DNA of 64,000 nt, from assembly GCA_040902505.1 (NCBI GenBank), contig JBBDXE010000032.1, positions 494,378 to 558,377 on the forward strand. The letters run 5' to 3'. Positions 40,701-51,900 of this stretch are shown piece after piece. The notes under the pieces are model-generated. The model did no database searches. It was not told where the DNA came from and saw only the letters and a program-made list of their open reading frames with translations. Position 1 is the stretch's first letter. Each line of letters opens with the position of its first letter. This DNA is from Dehalococcoidia bacterium (lineage in GTDB: Bacteria; Chloroflexota; Dehalococcoidia; DSTF01; JACRBR01). The translations under genes were made by a program, and so were the position numbers.

Positions 40701-42056
40701 AACCCAGCTGAGCCCCCGATCCACGGATCGCTGCAGGTACGGACCCACCGCGTGGTAGGCGGTCGCGACGTTGAACCATGCGATGCGGAAGAGATACGGG
40801 CCGATCGCCTCGACGTTCATGTACTCCACGCTTTGTTCGAGCGCCGTAGAGCCGGTGGAGAACCATGTCGTCTCGTTCAGTCCGGCGATCCGGGAACGAT
40901 TCTTCTCGTGCGCGTACAGGATCGATTCGGTGCCGTCCTGCATCATCTCGCCGCCGAACCCTTGACCCTCCAGGAAGTAGCGGTCGCCGGTGGGCTCGTA
41001 CGAGACTTGCACGCTGCCCGTCCCCAGCTCCCAGCCCATACCCGCCCAGCCCGAGAGGGAGCTGTACGTCCGCATCTCCCCGACGCGCATGGAGTCGTAT
41101 GACAGGTTGAGCTGCGGGGCCACGCCGTTCCGCCCAGGTGGCGCAGCGAGAGGGACGTTGAAGCTCGCGGAGCCCGTTTGTGTACCGACGTGGCTCCCGG
41201 AAAGCAGCGGAGCGGTATCGACTATCGGGCTGGCGGTCGCACCACTCAGGCTGAAATGGTCGACCCGTGCGGTCAGGGTCTTCGTCCGCGCGTCGACCAC
41301 CGCTGGCGCCGGAACCCACGTCTGTGAGTTCTCGTCGAAGCTCCAGTACGTGAGGGTCTGGGGGTCGCGCCCGCGGAGTTCTTTGTCGTCAAAACGCAGC
41401 GTCACGTTCAGGGCGGCATCGAACTTGTGCAGGTCCGATCCGCGGTCGTCCGTCGCATCGAACCTCCAGAGCCCCACGAACGGATTGTCGGGCGATGGCG
41501 GTAGGACACTTTGCAACGCTTCCCTGGTGATGCTCACATTGAGCGGATCGAGCGCCGCCCCCGGCGGGAAGTCGATGACCACGCGCCCGTCAGCCGTGCT
41601 GACCCGGCCACCCGCCTCCGTGACCGTGCCTTGCGCGACGGTGTCCGAAGGATCCGGGTTCGGCTCCAGGGTCGGCAGCGCCGGCGTCGGCACCGGCGTG
41701 ACCGACGCGCCAGGCGTCGTCGTCGGAGTTATTGACGGGGCCGGGATCGATGTGTCCGTGGCGATGGCCGCCGGCCCGCCACCCGTCCGCGTGGGGCTCG
41801 GAGTCGCCGTAGGCACCGGCCCGGCCGAGGCCGTCGGTTGCGGCGTCGCCGTGCCCGTTGGGTCGGCTGTGGGCTGCGCCGTCTCCGCCGGTTCCTGCGC
41901 CCGGGCGAGGGGCACCGGCTCGAGGGCGTACTGCGCCGATGACACGAGCAGGGCGATGAGGACGCAGAGCGCGAGCAGCCCGCGGCGGACGGCGGCGAGC
42001 CGCACGAGGGTGCGTCCCGACTTCCCTACTTGCCCCCGTCTGTTCAATGCCATCAC
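34784..42056 (-). CDS. Secreted ZU5-SpvB-BNR-RHS/YD polymorphic toxin, split by a +1 frameshift in a G7 tract (37421-37427)
   Basis: ORFs 37188-42056 and 34784-37384 fuse if G7 becomes G6 (..ETGGSSGPFSTADYNGVTTTFVD..); YD repeats; RHS core YNYNARMY...GRFLSADP...NNPMGYTDPSG. Confidence 0.88.
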
Positions 42057-42060
42057 ATGC

Positions 42061-44016
42061 TCACTTGCAGAGGTTCGCGGTCAGTGCGAACCGGGCCAGC
42101 GTGAGGACGTCGCCTGAGAAGTTGACGACGCCGTTCTTGTCGATGTCGAAGACCTGGGTCTTGCCAAACCCCGCCACGAGCGCAGCGTTGGCGGCATGGA
42201 TCACGTCCCCGCTGAAGTTCACTGCGCCGTTACCGTCGACGTCCGCTGCCTCCTTGCAGTCCCCGAGGCCGTCGCCGTCGGAATCGATGACGCTCGGGTC
42301 CGTCCCCCAGCCGCTCACCTCCCAGCTGTCCTTGAGACCGTCACCGTCCGTGTCAACGTCCGGGTTCACCGAGGCGGGCCTGCTCGACACGTCCCGCGGG
42401 TTGTAGCCGTTCGCACATTCCCAACCGTCGAGCTTGCCGTCGTTGTCGGTGTCCCAGGACGGCCCGTCGTCGTCCGTGTCCGCCCCCATCAGCGGCGCGG
42501 GATACGCGTCGCCGTCGTCGTCGTTGGTCACGTCCCCGCCCTCCGGTGCCGGGTGGGTTGTACCGCTCAGGTCGAAGGAGCCGCAGGCGGTGGACGACAG
42601 CTCGTCGGCGTCCGGCAGCCCGTCGTTGTCGTGGTCCGCGTCACAGACGTCCCCGACCCCGTCCCCGTTCGGAATGCTCCCGTCGTCGAGCGGGACCCCG
42701 GGGCCGTTGTCGTGGGCGCCCCGATTGCCGGGGTATGCGGCCGTCGGGCGGCCGCTGTCGCTGTTCAGCTGCGTGGGGTTGTAGTCGTCCGGGCAGTTGT
42801 CGGCGCTCCCGAAGACACAATCGTTGTCGTCTTCGTCGTCTTCGCAGGCCGCCAGCGACTCCCCCTCGCCGTCCCCGTCGTCGTCCGGGTCCACGGCGTC
42901 GTCGATCCCGTCGCCATCGGTGTCCGTCCCGCTGGCCGTGACCAGGTCGAGGGCGTCGACGTTGTCGTCCCCGTCCTCGGAGAAGGGGTTGCAGAGGCCG
43001 TAGCTGCGCTTGACGCAGAGGCCCAGCTGCTCCCCGTCCAGGTAGGGCGCGAGCTCCCCGGTCTCCGTCCACACCCAGAGGTCCGCCCCGGTGGCGTCGC
43101 CGGCCTCGAAGCAGTTGGTCTCCAGCGTGTCCAGCGAGGGCGACCCTGGGGCCAGCGAGAAGACGACGATGTCGTCTTCGTCCAGCTCGCCGCTCGTGCC
43201 CGCGTCGTACACCGCGAGCGCATCGATCTCGTCCTCGGCGTCCAGCCCCAGGTCGCCATCGGCGTCGGCGAACTTCACCAGCGATCCCGACCCGGGCTTG
43301 AGGTAGATGTCCGCCCCCGTCCCCGGCCCGAACTGCGCCGTGTCGTCCGGGACGCTGAAGAACACCGCTCCGTCGACGTCGCCGTCAGGGCCCGCGCTTT
43401 CGGTGTCCACGACCACTGCGCCGCTCATCTCCAGGAACGACAGCTCGCTGCGGTTGGCGGTGCCCGGCGGCCCGGGCGGGTCCTCGTCGAGCCCGATGCC
43501 CGGCGCCTCGGCGCGGGGAGCGCCCTTCCCCAGCAGCCCGTCGCCGTCGATGATGAGCCGGTTCCGCATCGCCGGGCCGCAGCCCGGGCCGTAGGCGTTC
43601 GGGAGCGGCTCGGTGATCGAGAAGACGTCCGCTGCCGCCGCGGCGTCGACCCCGAGCGTCTCCGCGTAGACGTCGTGGGTCGCCCGCGGGTAGCCGGCGG
43701 AGGTGTTATCGACGGAGAATACGACGATGACATCCTGCACCGAGGGGTCGTCGTTGCCGTAGGAGAGGCCGTCGAGCGTCGCGCCGGAGAGGCCCAGCGC
43801 CGACGCCGGGAGCGCTACGACGTACGCTGGCTGGTTCGGGATGTCGCTGGGCACCACGGGCTGGTAAGAGGGCGGGCGCAGCACGTCGCCGGAGCCCAGG
43901 AGCCCGAAGGAGGGGTCGGCGGACGTCTGCCGCACCGCCACCAGCACAGCGACCCCCGCCACGGCGAAGACACCGATGCGGACAGCGAGTGGGACGCGGC
44001 GCCAGCCCCGCTTCAC
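42061..44016 (-). CDS. Secreted Asp-rich (TSP3-like) protein with C-terminal dockerin-like repeat
   Basis: Signal/TM segment; DTDGDG, DNCP..YNP.Q, GVGDVCD; paired DVDGNGAVN/DIDKNGVVN loops; GGGGAG RBS before GTG 44016. Confidence 0.8.
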   Translation of the reverse strand: MKRGWRRVPLAVRIGVFAVAGVAVLVAVRQTSADPSFGLLGSGDVLRPPSYQPVVPSDIPNQPAYVVALPASALGLSGATLDGLSYGNDDPSVQDVIVVFSVDNTSAGYPRATHDVYAETLGVDAAAAADVFSITEPLPNAYGPGCGPAMRNRLIIDGDGLLGKGAPRAEAPGIGLDEDPPGPPGTANRSELSFLEMSGAVVVDTESAGPDGDVDGAVFFSVPDDTAQFGPGTGADIYLKPGSGSLVKFADADGDLGLDAEDEIDALAVYDAGTSGELDEDDIVVFSLAPGSPSLDTLETNCFEAGDATGADLWVWTETGELAPYLDGEQLGLCVKRSYGLCNPFSEDGDDNVDALDLVTASGTDTDGDGIDDAVDPDDDGDGEGESLAACEDDEDDNDCVFGSADNCPDDYNPTQLNSDSGRPTAAYPGNRGAHDNGPGVPLDDGSIPNGDGVGDVCDADHDNDGLPDADELSSTACGSFDLSGTTHPAPEGGDVTNDDDGDAYPAPLMGADTDDDGPSWDTDNDGKLDGWECANGYNPRDVSSRPASVNPDVDTDGDGLKDSWEVSGWGTDPSVIDSDGDGLGDCKEAADVDGNGAVNFSGDVIHAANAALVAGFGKTQVFDIDKNGVVNFSGDVLTLARFALTANLCK

Positions 44017-44143
44017 GTGATGCTCCCCCACGCCTGCGCTGATCCCTGCCAGACTGAGACGCGGAGGACGAAGCGGGCGTCGCCTACCGTGCGTCAAGCG
44101 GAGGGTTCCTTCCGAGTAGGGCGCGAGCTTAATACAGCGTCTG

Positions 44144-44174
44144 CGAGAGTGTCAAGGGTGTGCTGACACTCTCG
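44144..44174. promoter_or_regulatory. Palindromic operator candidate overlapping the -35 of the dockerin-RHS operon
   Basis: CGAGAGTGTCA-N9-TGACACTCTCG; minus-strand TTGACA at 44150-44155. Confidence 0.55.
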
Positions 44175-44382
44175 TCGTAATGTTGCGTTAGTGCGGGATT
44201 TCTCAAAGTGCGAATCGTCATAACACCACGCTTACTATGCGCGGCTCAAATCGGCGGCGCAACGTCGCGCGGCTCACAGCGACTCGCCCTGGCAGCACGC
44301 GTGTCCACCGTCAGAACTTGTAGCCAAGGAGGCGATTGCCTTACCGCAGACGGGTCGCGAAGCCCTCGCTTGGTCCCAACAG

Positions 44383-45891
44383 CTAGCGGGCGGCCATGGA
44401 TATGCCGGTGGGGATGGCCGAGCCCTGCCACGCCAACCGGCCCTCCGCGAACGGATCGGCGACGAGCTGACACTCGCCAGCATCGAAGATCATCGTGGCC
44501 CGGTCCGCCGGTGCGTACTCCGGCCACCGCGGTAGTCCCTCGTGCGACGGTTCGCCGCCCCGGGCGAACGAGATCCAGGCATCGCTCATCTGTGCGGCAA
44601 GCGCCGCGCGCGTGGGCGATTCGGGCATGACGGGCGGACGGGCATTGTCGAACACGAACGGGATCTCATATCCGTGCGCGGATCCGAGCGGGCCCGCAGC
44701 CCAGCAGAACAGATACATGAAGACGGACGTGCCGCCGCCGGTCAGCTTGCGCTCCGCGAGTTCGATGGAGGGCAGGCGCATCATCCGGTCGCTCTCCATC
44801 GCGACATAGAGGTCGCGCGGCGAGGCGTCCGGCCGGGCAGCGCGATACGCGTCGACCACCCGATCGGCATCTTTGCCGTACGGTGCGACTCGACGCCGCA
44901 AACCAGCTTCATCCAGCGCATCCAGATCGCTGTTCGACGGGTTCATCGCCAGAAAGAGCGTGGCCTCGTCACGGTTGCAGCCGATAATCATCGGGACGTC
45001 GTGCGCCGTGCCGTTCGAGAGAGCCGCGCCGGGATGATCAGCCACCGTCACGCCGTCGAGCACGGGGCTGAAGTCGGCGAACGACATGCGCCCGCGCTTC
45101 GCCTGCGCGTCGAGGAGGTGTTCCGTCGACAGGGCGGCGAGCGCGCCATGGTCGCGAGCGTCCACCTGGAGTCCGGCGAGGAGTTGCGCCGCGGATTCCG
45201 TCGCCTGCTTCTGCTGGCGCACGCGCAAACCCGGCCCGCTCTGTACGGCCGCGCGATGGAAGAGCCCCGCCGCCGCCGGCATCGCGAGGAGGGTAGACAC
45301 CTTCGCGCCCCCCCCGGACTCGCCGAAAATCATGACGTTGTTGGCGTCCCCGCCAAACGCTTCGATGTTGTCACGCACCCACGAGAGCGCCGCCACCAGG
45401 TCGAGCATCCCGGCATCGCCAGAACTGACGAATTCGTCCCCTGCCAGCTCGCCCAGGTGAAGATAGCCGAAGATCCCGAGGCGATGGTTGACCGTGACCA
45501 CGACGACGTCGCCGCGCCGGGCGAGCGCCCGGCCGTCGTAGACCGGCCAGGAGCCCGACCCGATGCTGAATCCTCCTCCGTGAAACCACACCATCACCGG
45601 GCGGCGTGTGTCTCCCGTGATGCCGCTGCTCCAGACGTTGAGGTACAGGCAGTCTTCCGACAGCGATGGCTCCTGGGACCAGCCGGCCGGGCGCGCTGAC
45701 ATCTGCGGGCAGGACGGCCCGTACTCGATTGCGTCTCGTATCCCCGTCCACGGTGGGACCGGCGCCGGTGCTTGGAAGCGCCGAGGCCCCGTGGGCGGTG
45801 CGGCGTACGGGATGCCCCTAAAGATGAACACATCGCCCTCGAGCCGGCCCAGCAGCTTCCCCGTACGTGTCTCGACGACTGGACCGGTCAT
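44383..45891 (-). CDS. Carboxylesterase type B
   Basis: FRGIPYA, SEDCLYLNVW, HGGGF, FGESGG. Confidence 0.93.
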   Translation of the reverse strand: MTGPVVETRTGKLLGRLEGDVFIFRGIPYAAPPTGPRRFQAPAPVPPWTGIRDAIEYGPSCPQMSARPAGWSQEPSLSEDCLYLNVWSSGITGDTRRPVMVWFHGGGFSIGSGSWPVYDGRALARRGDVVVVTVNHRLGIFGYLHLGELAGDEFVSSGDAGMLDLVAALSWVRDNIEAFGGDANNVMIFGESGGGAKVSTLLAMPAAAGLFHRAAVQSGPGLRVRQQKQATESAAQLLAGLQVDARDHGALAALSTEHLLDAQAKRGRMSFADFSPVLDGVTVADHPGAALSNGTAHDVPMIIGCNRDEATLFLAMNPSNSDLDALDEAGLRRRVAPYGKDADRVVDAYRAARPDASPRDLYVAMESDRMMRLPSIELAERKLTGGGTSVFMYLFCWAAGPLGSAHGYEIPFVFDNARPPVMPESPTRAALAAQMSDAWISFARGGEPSHEGLPRWPEYAPADRATMIFDAGECQLVADPFAEGRLAWQGSAIPTGISMAAR

Positions 45892-46108
45892 GGCCGCACC
45901 TCCGCATGTTCAACCGTTGGGCATCTTGGCGCGATCGGAGCCAGCCGTCCAGACCTGGGCGTGACGACGGCGTCCAGAACATGCTTTCTCACCCGGAAGG
46001 GGTGCCTCCACCTATCTGTCTATGCCCGCTCCTCGCCAACGCCGATATATGGAGAGGAACGATCGCCTGTCGAACCGGGATTTCGGGGCCTTCGAGAGTA
46101 CTATTGCG

Positions 46109-48868
46109 ATGCCAAACGAGCTGTTCCATGTAGCGAATTATTCGTTCAGCCCGTACTCGCTGCCCCTCGCGGTGGTGGCTGGCATCGACATCGCCCTGGG
46201 CGTCGCGACACTGATCCGCGAGCGTGCTTCGGCGGTGAGCCTGGCCTACGTCCTCCTCGGAGTCTGCACGACGATCTGGCTGGCCAGCTTCGCGTTCATC
46301 TACTCGACGGACGATCCATCCGTCGTGCGCGGTTGGGTCGCCGTGGAACACGTCGGCGTGATCCTGATACCCCTGGCGCAATACGCCTTCGCCGCGGCAG
46401 TGACCAGGACCTTTCGCTGGAAGAGCGTCGCGACATGCGTGGCCGTGGTCTGGGCTGTTGCGCTCTACCTGCTCGTCGTTTCAACGGACTGGGTGGTGAC
46501 GGGCGTCCAGGAGTACTACTGGGGCTACTACCCCGCGTACGGGTGGCTGTCCCCCCTGCTCCTCGGGTACTTCGTCGTGTTCGTGGGGCTGAGCCTGCAC
46601 GCCTACCGGCAGGCGTACACGCGGACACAGTCGTCGATGCAGCGGCGGCGGCTTCGTACGCTGCTCGTGGCGATCTCTGTCGCCAACATTGCCACGGTTG
46701 ACTTCCTACCCGGGTTCGGCGTCCCGGTCTACCCGTTCGGCTACGTCTTCGTCACCGCTTTCTTCATCGTCGCCGGCGTGACCATGTGGCGCGAGCGGCT
46801 CGTCGACATCACGCCGGCGCTGGCGGCGAAGCAGATCATGGACACCATGGCCGAGGCGCTGCTCGTCGTCGACCGCGACGGCATCGTGCGCGTGGCGAAC
46901 AACGCCGCCGAGGCCGTCTGGGGTGCGAAGAGCCTGGTCGGGTTGTCCTGCGCTCAGCTGGACGGCAGTTGGAATCAGCCCGCCCTGATGCGCCTGCTGG
47001 ACCCTGACCGCGAAGACAAGCTCGAGGTGACCTACCGCGCCCACGACGGGTCGTCACGGACCACGGCGCTGGCGGCGTCGAAGCTGCCGGACCATCGCGG
47101 CGACTGGGTCGGCACCGTCTACGTCCTTCACGACATCACGGAACGCTGGCAGGCGGAGCGGGCGCTGCGAGAAAGCGAAGAGCGCTTCCGCTCCCTTGTC
47201 CAAAACGCCTCCGACCTCATCACAGTCATCGATCCCGACACGACGGTCCGCTACCAGAGTCCAGCGATTCAGCGTATGCTCGGGTTCGCACCGGAATCCA
47301 CATTGGGCGTCAAGCTTTCGGACACCGTCCATCCCGACGACGCCGCCCGGTTCGTCGCGTCCCTCGGCGATCTGATAACCAAGCCGGCCGGCACGATCAC
47401 CGGCGAAGGACGCGTGCGCGACAGCAAGGGTGAATGGCGGCACCTCGAGTTCACGGGGAGCGACCAGCGCACAAACGCGGCGATCGGCGGGCTGGTCCTC
47501 AATGTGCGCGACATGACCGAGCGCAAGCAGCTCGAGGAGCAGCTCCGTCATCAGGCTCTGCACGATCCACTAACGAAGCTCGCGAACCGCACGCGCTTCG
47601 CGGACCGCCTCGATCACGCGCTGACGCGCCGCGCGCGGTCACTCGGGCATGTGGCGGTCCTCTTCATGGACCTCGACGACTTCAAGGGCATCAACGATGG
47701 CCTGGGACACACGGCCGGCGACCTTCTTCTCGCGCAGGTGGCCGAGAGAGTGACGCAGTGCGTGCGGCCCGAAGACACCGTCGCGCGACTGGGCGGCGAT
47801 GAGTTCGCCATCCTGCTGGAGGACATCACCTCCATCGACGATGCCACGGCGGTAGCCGACCGCGTCCTCGAAGCCTTCCAGGTCGCGTTCGATCTCGAAG
47901 GAAAGGACGTGGCTATCCGGGCCAGCGTGGGCATCGCGACCACGGCCGGCGAGAGTCCCGCCGACGCGGGGTCTCTGCTCCGCGACGCCGATATCGCCAT
48001 GTACGTTGCGAAGTCCCATGGCAAGGGGCGCTACCAGATCTTCGAGACCAGCATGCAGACGTCGATGGTGGAGCGGCTGGAGTTGCTTGCGGACCTCCCC
48101 CGGGCGGTGGAACGCGATGAATTCGTCCTCCACTATCAGCCGATCTTCCTCCTGCAGGGCGGCGGCTTGTTCGGCGTTGAGGCCCTCGTGCGCTGGCAGC
48201 ACCCGCGTCGCGGACTCCTGCCGCCGGGCGATTTCATCCAACTCGCCGAGGAGTCGGGGGCGATTCTTCCGATCGGAAGATGGGTCCTGACCCAGGCCTG
48301 CCGTCAGGCCTTCCAGTGGCAGTCGATGTTCGCCGCCACCGACGAGCCGTGGACGATGAGCGTGAACGTGTCCGTCAGGCAGCTGGAACAAGCCTCGTTT
48401 GTCGACGAAGTGGCCCGGACGCTGGCCGAGACCGGGCTCGAGCCTCGGCGGCTCATCCTCGAGATCACCGAGACCGTCATGATGCACGACATCAACCTCA
48501 CGCTGAAGCGACTGCGCGACCTCAAGGCGCTCGGCATCGGGCTGGCGATCGACGACTTCGGGACGGGATATTCCTCGCTCAGCTATCTACGTCAGTTCCC
48601 GTTCGACCTGCTGAAGATCGACAAGTCGTTCATCGACGACCTGGGCACGATCATCAACAAGAAGGAGCTCACGAAGGCAATCATTGAACTCGGCAAGTCG
48701 CTGGACCTGGAGCTGGTGGCGGAAGGCATCGAGCGGGGCGAGCAGCTCTCCAGACTGCAATCGATGGAGTGCGAACTCGGTCAGGGCTTCCTGTTCGCGA
48801 AGCCGATGGAGGGCGCTGAAGTCGAGAAGCTGCTCGAACGGCTTAGCCGTGAAGCGGAAGCGGCGTGA
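46109..48868 (+). CDS. HisKA_7TM-like membrane sensor with PAS-PAS-GGDEF-EAL
   Basis: About 7 hydrophobic helices, two PAS domains, RLGGDEF, EALVRW, IDDFGTGYSSL; start could be 46049. Confidence 0.9.
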   Translation: MPNELFHVANYSFSPYSLPLAVVAGIDIALGVATLIRERASAVSLAYVLLGVCTTIWLASFAFIYSTDDPSVVRGWVAVEHVGVILIPLAQYAFAAAVTRTFRWKSVATCVAVVWAVALYLLVVSTDWVVTGVQEYYWGYYPAYGWLSPLLLGYFVVFVGLSLHAYRQAYTRTQSSMQRRRLRTLLVAISVANIATVDFLPGFGVPVYPFGYVFVTAFFIVAGVTMWRERLVDITPALAAKQIMDTMAEALLVVDRDGIVRVANNAAEAVWGAKSLVGLSCAQLDGSWNQPALMRLLDPDREDKLEVTYRAHDGSSRTTALAASKLPDHRGDWVGTVYVLHDITERWQAERALRESEERFRSLVQNASDLITVIDPDTTVRYQSPAIQRMLGFAPESTLGVKLSDTVHPDDAARFVASLGDLITKPAGTITGEGRVRDSKGEWRHLEFTGSDQRTNAAIGGLVLNVRDMTERKQLEEQLRHQALHDPLTKLANRTRFADRLDHALTRRARSLGHVAVLFMDLDDFKGINDGLGHTAGDLLLAQVAERVTQCVRPEDTVARLGGDEFAILLEDITSIDDATAVADRVLEAFQVAFDLEGKDVAIRASVGIATTAGESPADAGSLLRDADIAMYVAKSHGKGRYQIFETSMQTSMVERLELLADLPRAVERDEFVLHYQPIFLLQGGGLFGVEALVRWQHPRRGLLPPGDFIQLAEESGAILPIGRWVLTQACRQAFQWQSMFAATDEPWTMSVNVSVRQLEQASFVDEVARTLAETGLEPRRLILEITETVMMHDINLTLKRLRDLKALGIGLAIDDFGTGYSSLSYLRQFPFDLLKIDKSFIDDLGTIINKKELTKAIIELGKSLDLELVAEGIERGEQLSRLQSMECELGQGFLFAKPMEGAEVEKLLERLSREAEAA

Positions 48869-48967
48869 AAGTCGGCCCCGTTGTGCGGGAGTCGTGCCTG
48901 GGCCGACTCACCTGGGCCGCGCTGCGCGCCTTAGCAGGCTCTTGACACGCGCCTCATGCTATGCCGT

Positions 48968-51900
48968 TCATCGATGCGCGTGGCAGCGACGACCGAGTTG
49001 TCGCATCGCCAGCACCAAGTCCCCGTATCCGACTTTGCCGTTTCGGTCCACATCGTAGGTCCCGTTGCGGCTCTGCGACGCGATCGCTTTCGCGATACGC
49101 ACCACGTCGCCCAGAGTCACGCGCCCGTCGCCGGTCACATCGGCGCAGGGCTTCGGCCGCTTCCCGTGCGTGGGACTCGCGGTTGCGGTCCGTGACGGTG
49201 CAGCCGTACGCGTCGTCACCACCGTGCGCGTCGCCCCCACCGTGCGGGTCGTCATCACCGTGCGCGTCGCAACGACCGTGCGCGTCGGCGACACGGTCCG
49301 CGTGACGTGAGCCGTTGCGCCCGGTGACGCCGTGTGGATCACCGCCGGCGTGCGGGTCGAAGACGGCGTACTGGTCCCGGTCGCGACGGCCGTGCTCGTC
49401 GCAGTAGGGCTGGGCGACGCTGTCGATGTCGCCGGGGGTGGAGTCGTCGCTGTCGGCTCCGGCGTGTCCGTGGCGGTCGGCACGGGCGTGCTCGTGGCGG
49501 AAGCCATGGAAGTCGGTGTTGCCGTCGATTCAGGTGTGTGCGTTGCCGTCGGCTGCGGGGTATCGGTGGCCGTCGGCACCGGCGTGTGCGTCGATGTCGA
49601 CTCGGGCGTGTCGGTTGCCTGCGCAGTGTTGGTCGCGGTCGGCGGCGGCGTACCGGTGGAGGTCGGTCCGGCGGTATTCGTCGCCGTGGGCTCGGCGGTG
49701 TTCGTCGGCGTGGGTGTGGGCGTGCCGGTGGGCACTGAGGTGCTGGTCACCGTGGCCGCGGGCGTATCGGTGGCGGTGGCCACGGGCGTTTCGGTCGCCG
49801 TCGGCGACGCGGTGGCGGTACCGGTGGGCGAGGGCGTGGGTGTTGCAGGCGGCGCGACGCCTTCGAGTTCAAAGGCGCCGATATCGCAGGCGGCGCCCTG
49901 GGGCCGCGTCACGCCGCGCTGGTCGGCCGGCGGACAGCCGCCGTTCGTGGCCGCGTCGATCGCGGGACTTCCAGCGAGGAGCGCGTGCGTGAAGGTGTCG
50001 CCACCGTTGTCGGCGAGCGGGCCGAGCATCGGCGGCTGGCCCGTGACGTCGAGCGATGTTTCGCCGTCCATCTCGCACCCGGTCATGTCGCCGACCAGGT
50101 TGTAGCCTTCCGAGCTGAGACTCCCGAACTGGACCGCGCAGTCGGGCGCCTCGCCTCCCGTGTCGGTGTTGCCGGCCACGATGCTGTTCTTCAACTGCGT
50201 CAGGTTCGAGAACTGGAAGATGCCGCCACCGTCTCCGGTGCCGTTCGCGTCGCTGTCCGCGCTGTTGTCCGCGACCGTGACATTGATCAATCGCGCCTGG
50301 GGGAAGGCGGCACCGTGGATACCGCCGCCGTGCCGGCCGGCGTCGTTGCCGCTGACCGTACTGTTGATGATCTCGAGCGTACTGCTCGCGTGGATGCCGC
50401 CGCCGTCGGTTGTCGCGGTGTTGCCGCTGATCGTGGTGTCCACGATGGTCATGGGGCCGCCGTTGGCGACGCCGCCGCCCTGACCCGGGGAGCTGTTGCC
50501 GATGATCGTGCTGCCGGTGATGCGGGTGGTGCCGTTGCTGAACACACCACCGCCGGATCCGGCAATCGCGGGGGCCTGGTTGCCGGCGATCGTGCTGTCC
50601 TGGATGTCGAGCCTGCCAATCGCCGGGCCGACCACGCCGGTGTTCGCATTGCCCTGGACCGTCGAGCGCACGACGGCCGCCCCCACCTCGAAGCCCGACA
50701 AGGACAGCCCGGACTGCATGTTGTTCGACAGCAAGCTGTCGATGATGGAGACTGTCTCCCCGAGGAAAATGGCCGACTGCACGCCATGCTCCGTGTTGAA
50801 ACTGATCTCACTATCTCGCACGATGAGGGTGGACGCGGCCACACCCGGCCCACTGTTCGCCGTGACCAGCACGTTATCGAGTGACAACGTCGCTCCCGTC
50901 ACCTGAACCTGGATGCCACCGTTGGGCGGGGTGGTGGACGGGCTGCCCGGCGGGCGAGCGCCGTTCCTCACGGTGAGACCCGACAGCTCGAAGGGCGCAC
51001 GCATCCTGGGCGGCGGGGCTTCCACGCCGAACACGTGGGAGAGCCCGCCGCCGTCGATGATGCTGAGTTCGCGGCCGAGGCCGCGGATCAACGTCGGACC
51101 CATAATGTCGAAATCACCGACGGACTCGTCGACATTGAAGTTGAAGAACCCCTCGGTGGTCGGCCTGGTGATCGCGTAGGTGCCCTCGCCGAGCAAGATG
51201 ACGTTCGGTCCGGCGACGGAGTTCGACTCCATGACGGCGGCGCGGAGCGTGCAGGTACCGGTGGCGCCGGCGCAGACGCCGTTGAGGGCGGCGTCGGGCA
51301 GATCGGTGGTGTCGTTCACGACGAACGTCACCGGAACACCCGGCGCCGGGGGCACGGGAGGGCCGGCGTCCGCCGGCGGCACATCGTGCTCGAAGGCGCC
51401 GACGTCGCACGCCGGCCCCTGCGGCCGTGTCACGCCACGCTGGTCGGCCGCCAGGCAGCCGTTGCCGGCCGCGTCAATCGCAGGGCTGCCCGGCGGGAGG
51501 CCGTGCGTCTGCGTGGGGCCGCCGTTGTCGGCGAGCGCGAACAGTCCGGAGTTGACCCCGGTGAGATTGCCGGGCAGGAGGCCGCATCCACCGGCGTTGC
51601 CGATGAGGTTCATAGCCCCGCTGAACGCTCCGGCGCAGTCCGGCGCCTCTCCCCCGGCATCGGCGTTCTCGTCGATGAGCGTGCGCGCGATCGATGACTG
51701 GCCCACCCCTCCCGGGCCGTTAGCGACGCCACCGCCGTCACCGGTCCCGTTGCCATCGGCGTCGGCGAGGTTCGCCGCGAACGTCGAGTCGGTGATCGTG
51801 AGCGCGGCCAGGCCGGTGTAGTCGTTGAAGATGCCGCCACCGTCCATGCCGGCACGGTTCCCGCTGAAGGTGCTGTTCGTGATCGTCGCGTCGCGGTAGT

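Noticed and set aside
45976-45989. Second SOS-like box AGAACATGCTTTCT
   Set aside because: One mismatch, no clear promoter overlap, and flanking genes are not damage-related; may be chance.
49180-49860. Repetitive DNA in the giant gene
   Set aside because: Explained by a Pro/Thr-rich protein linker.
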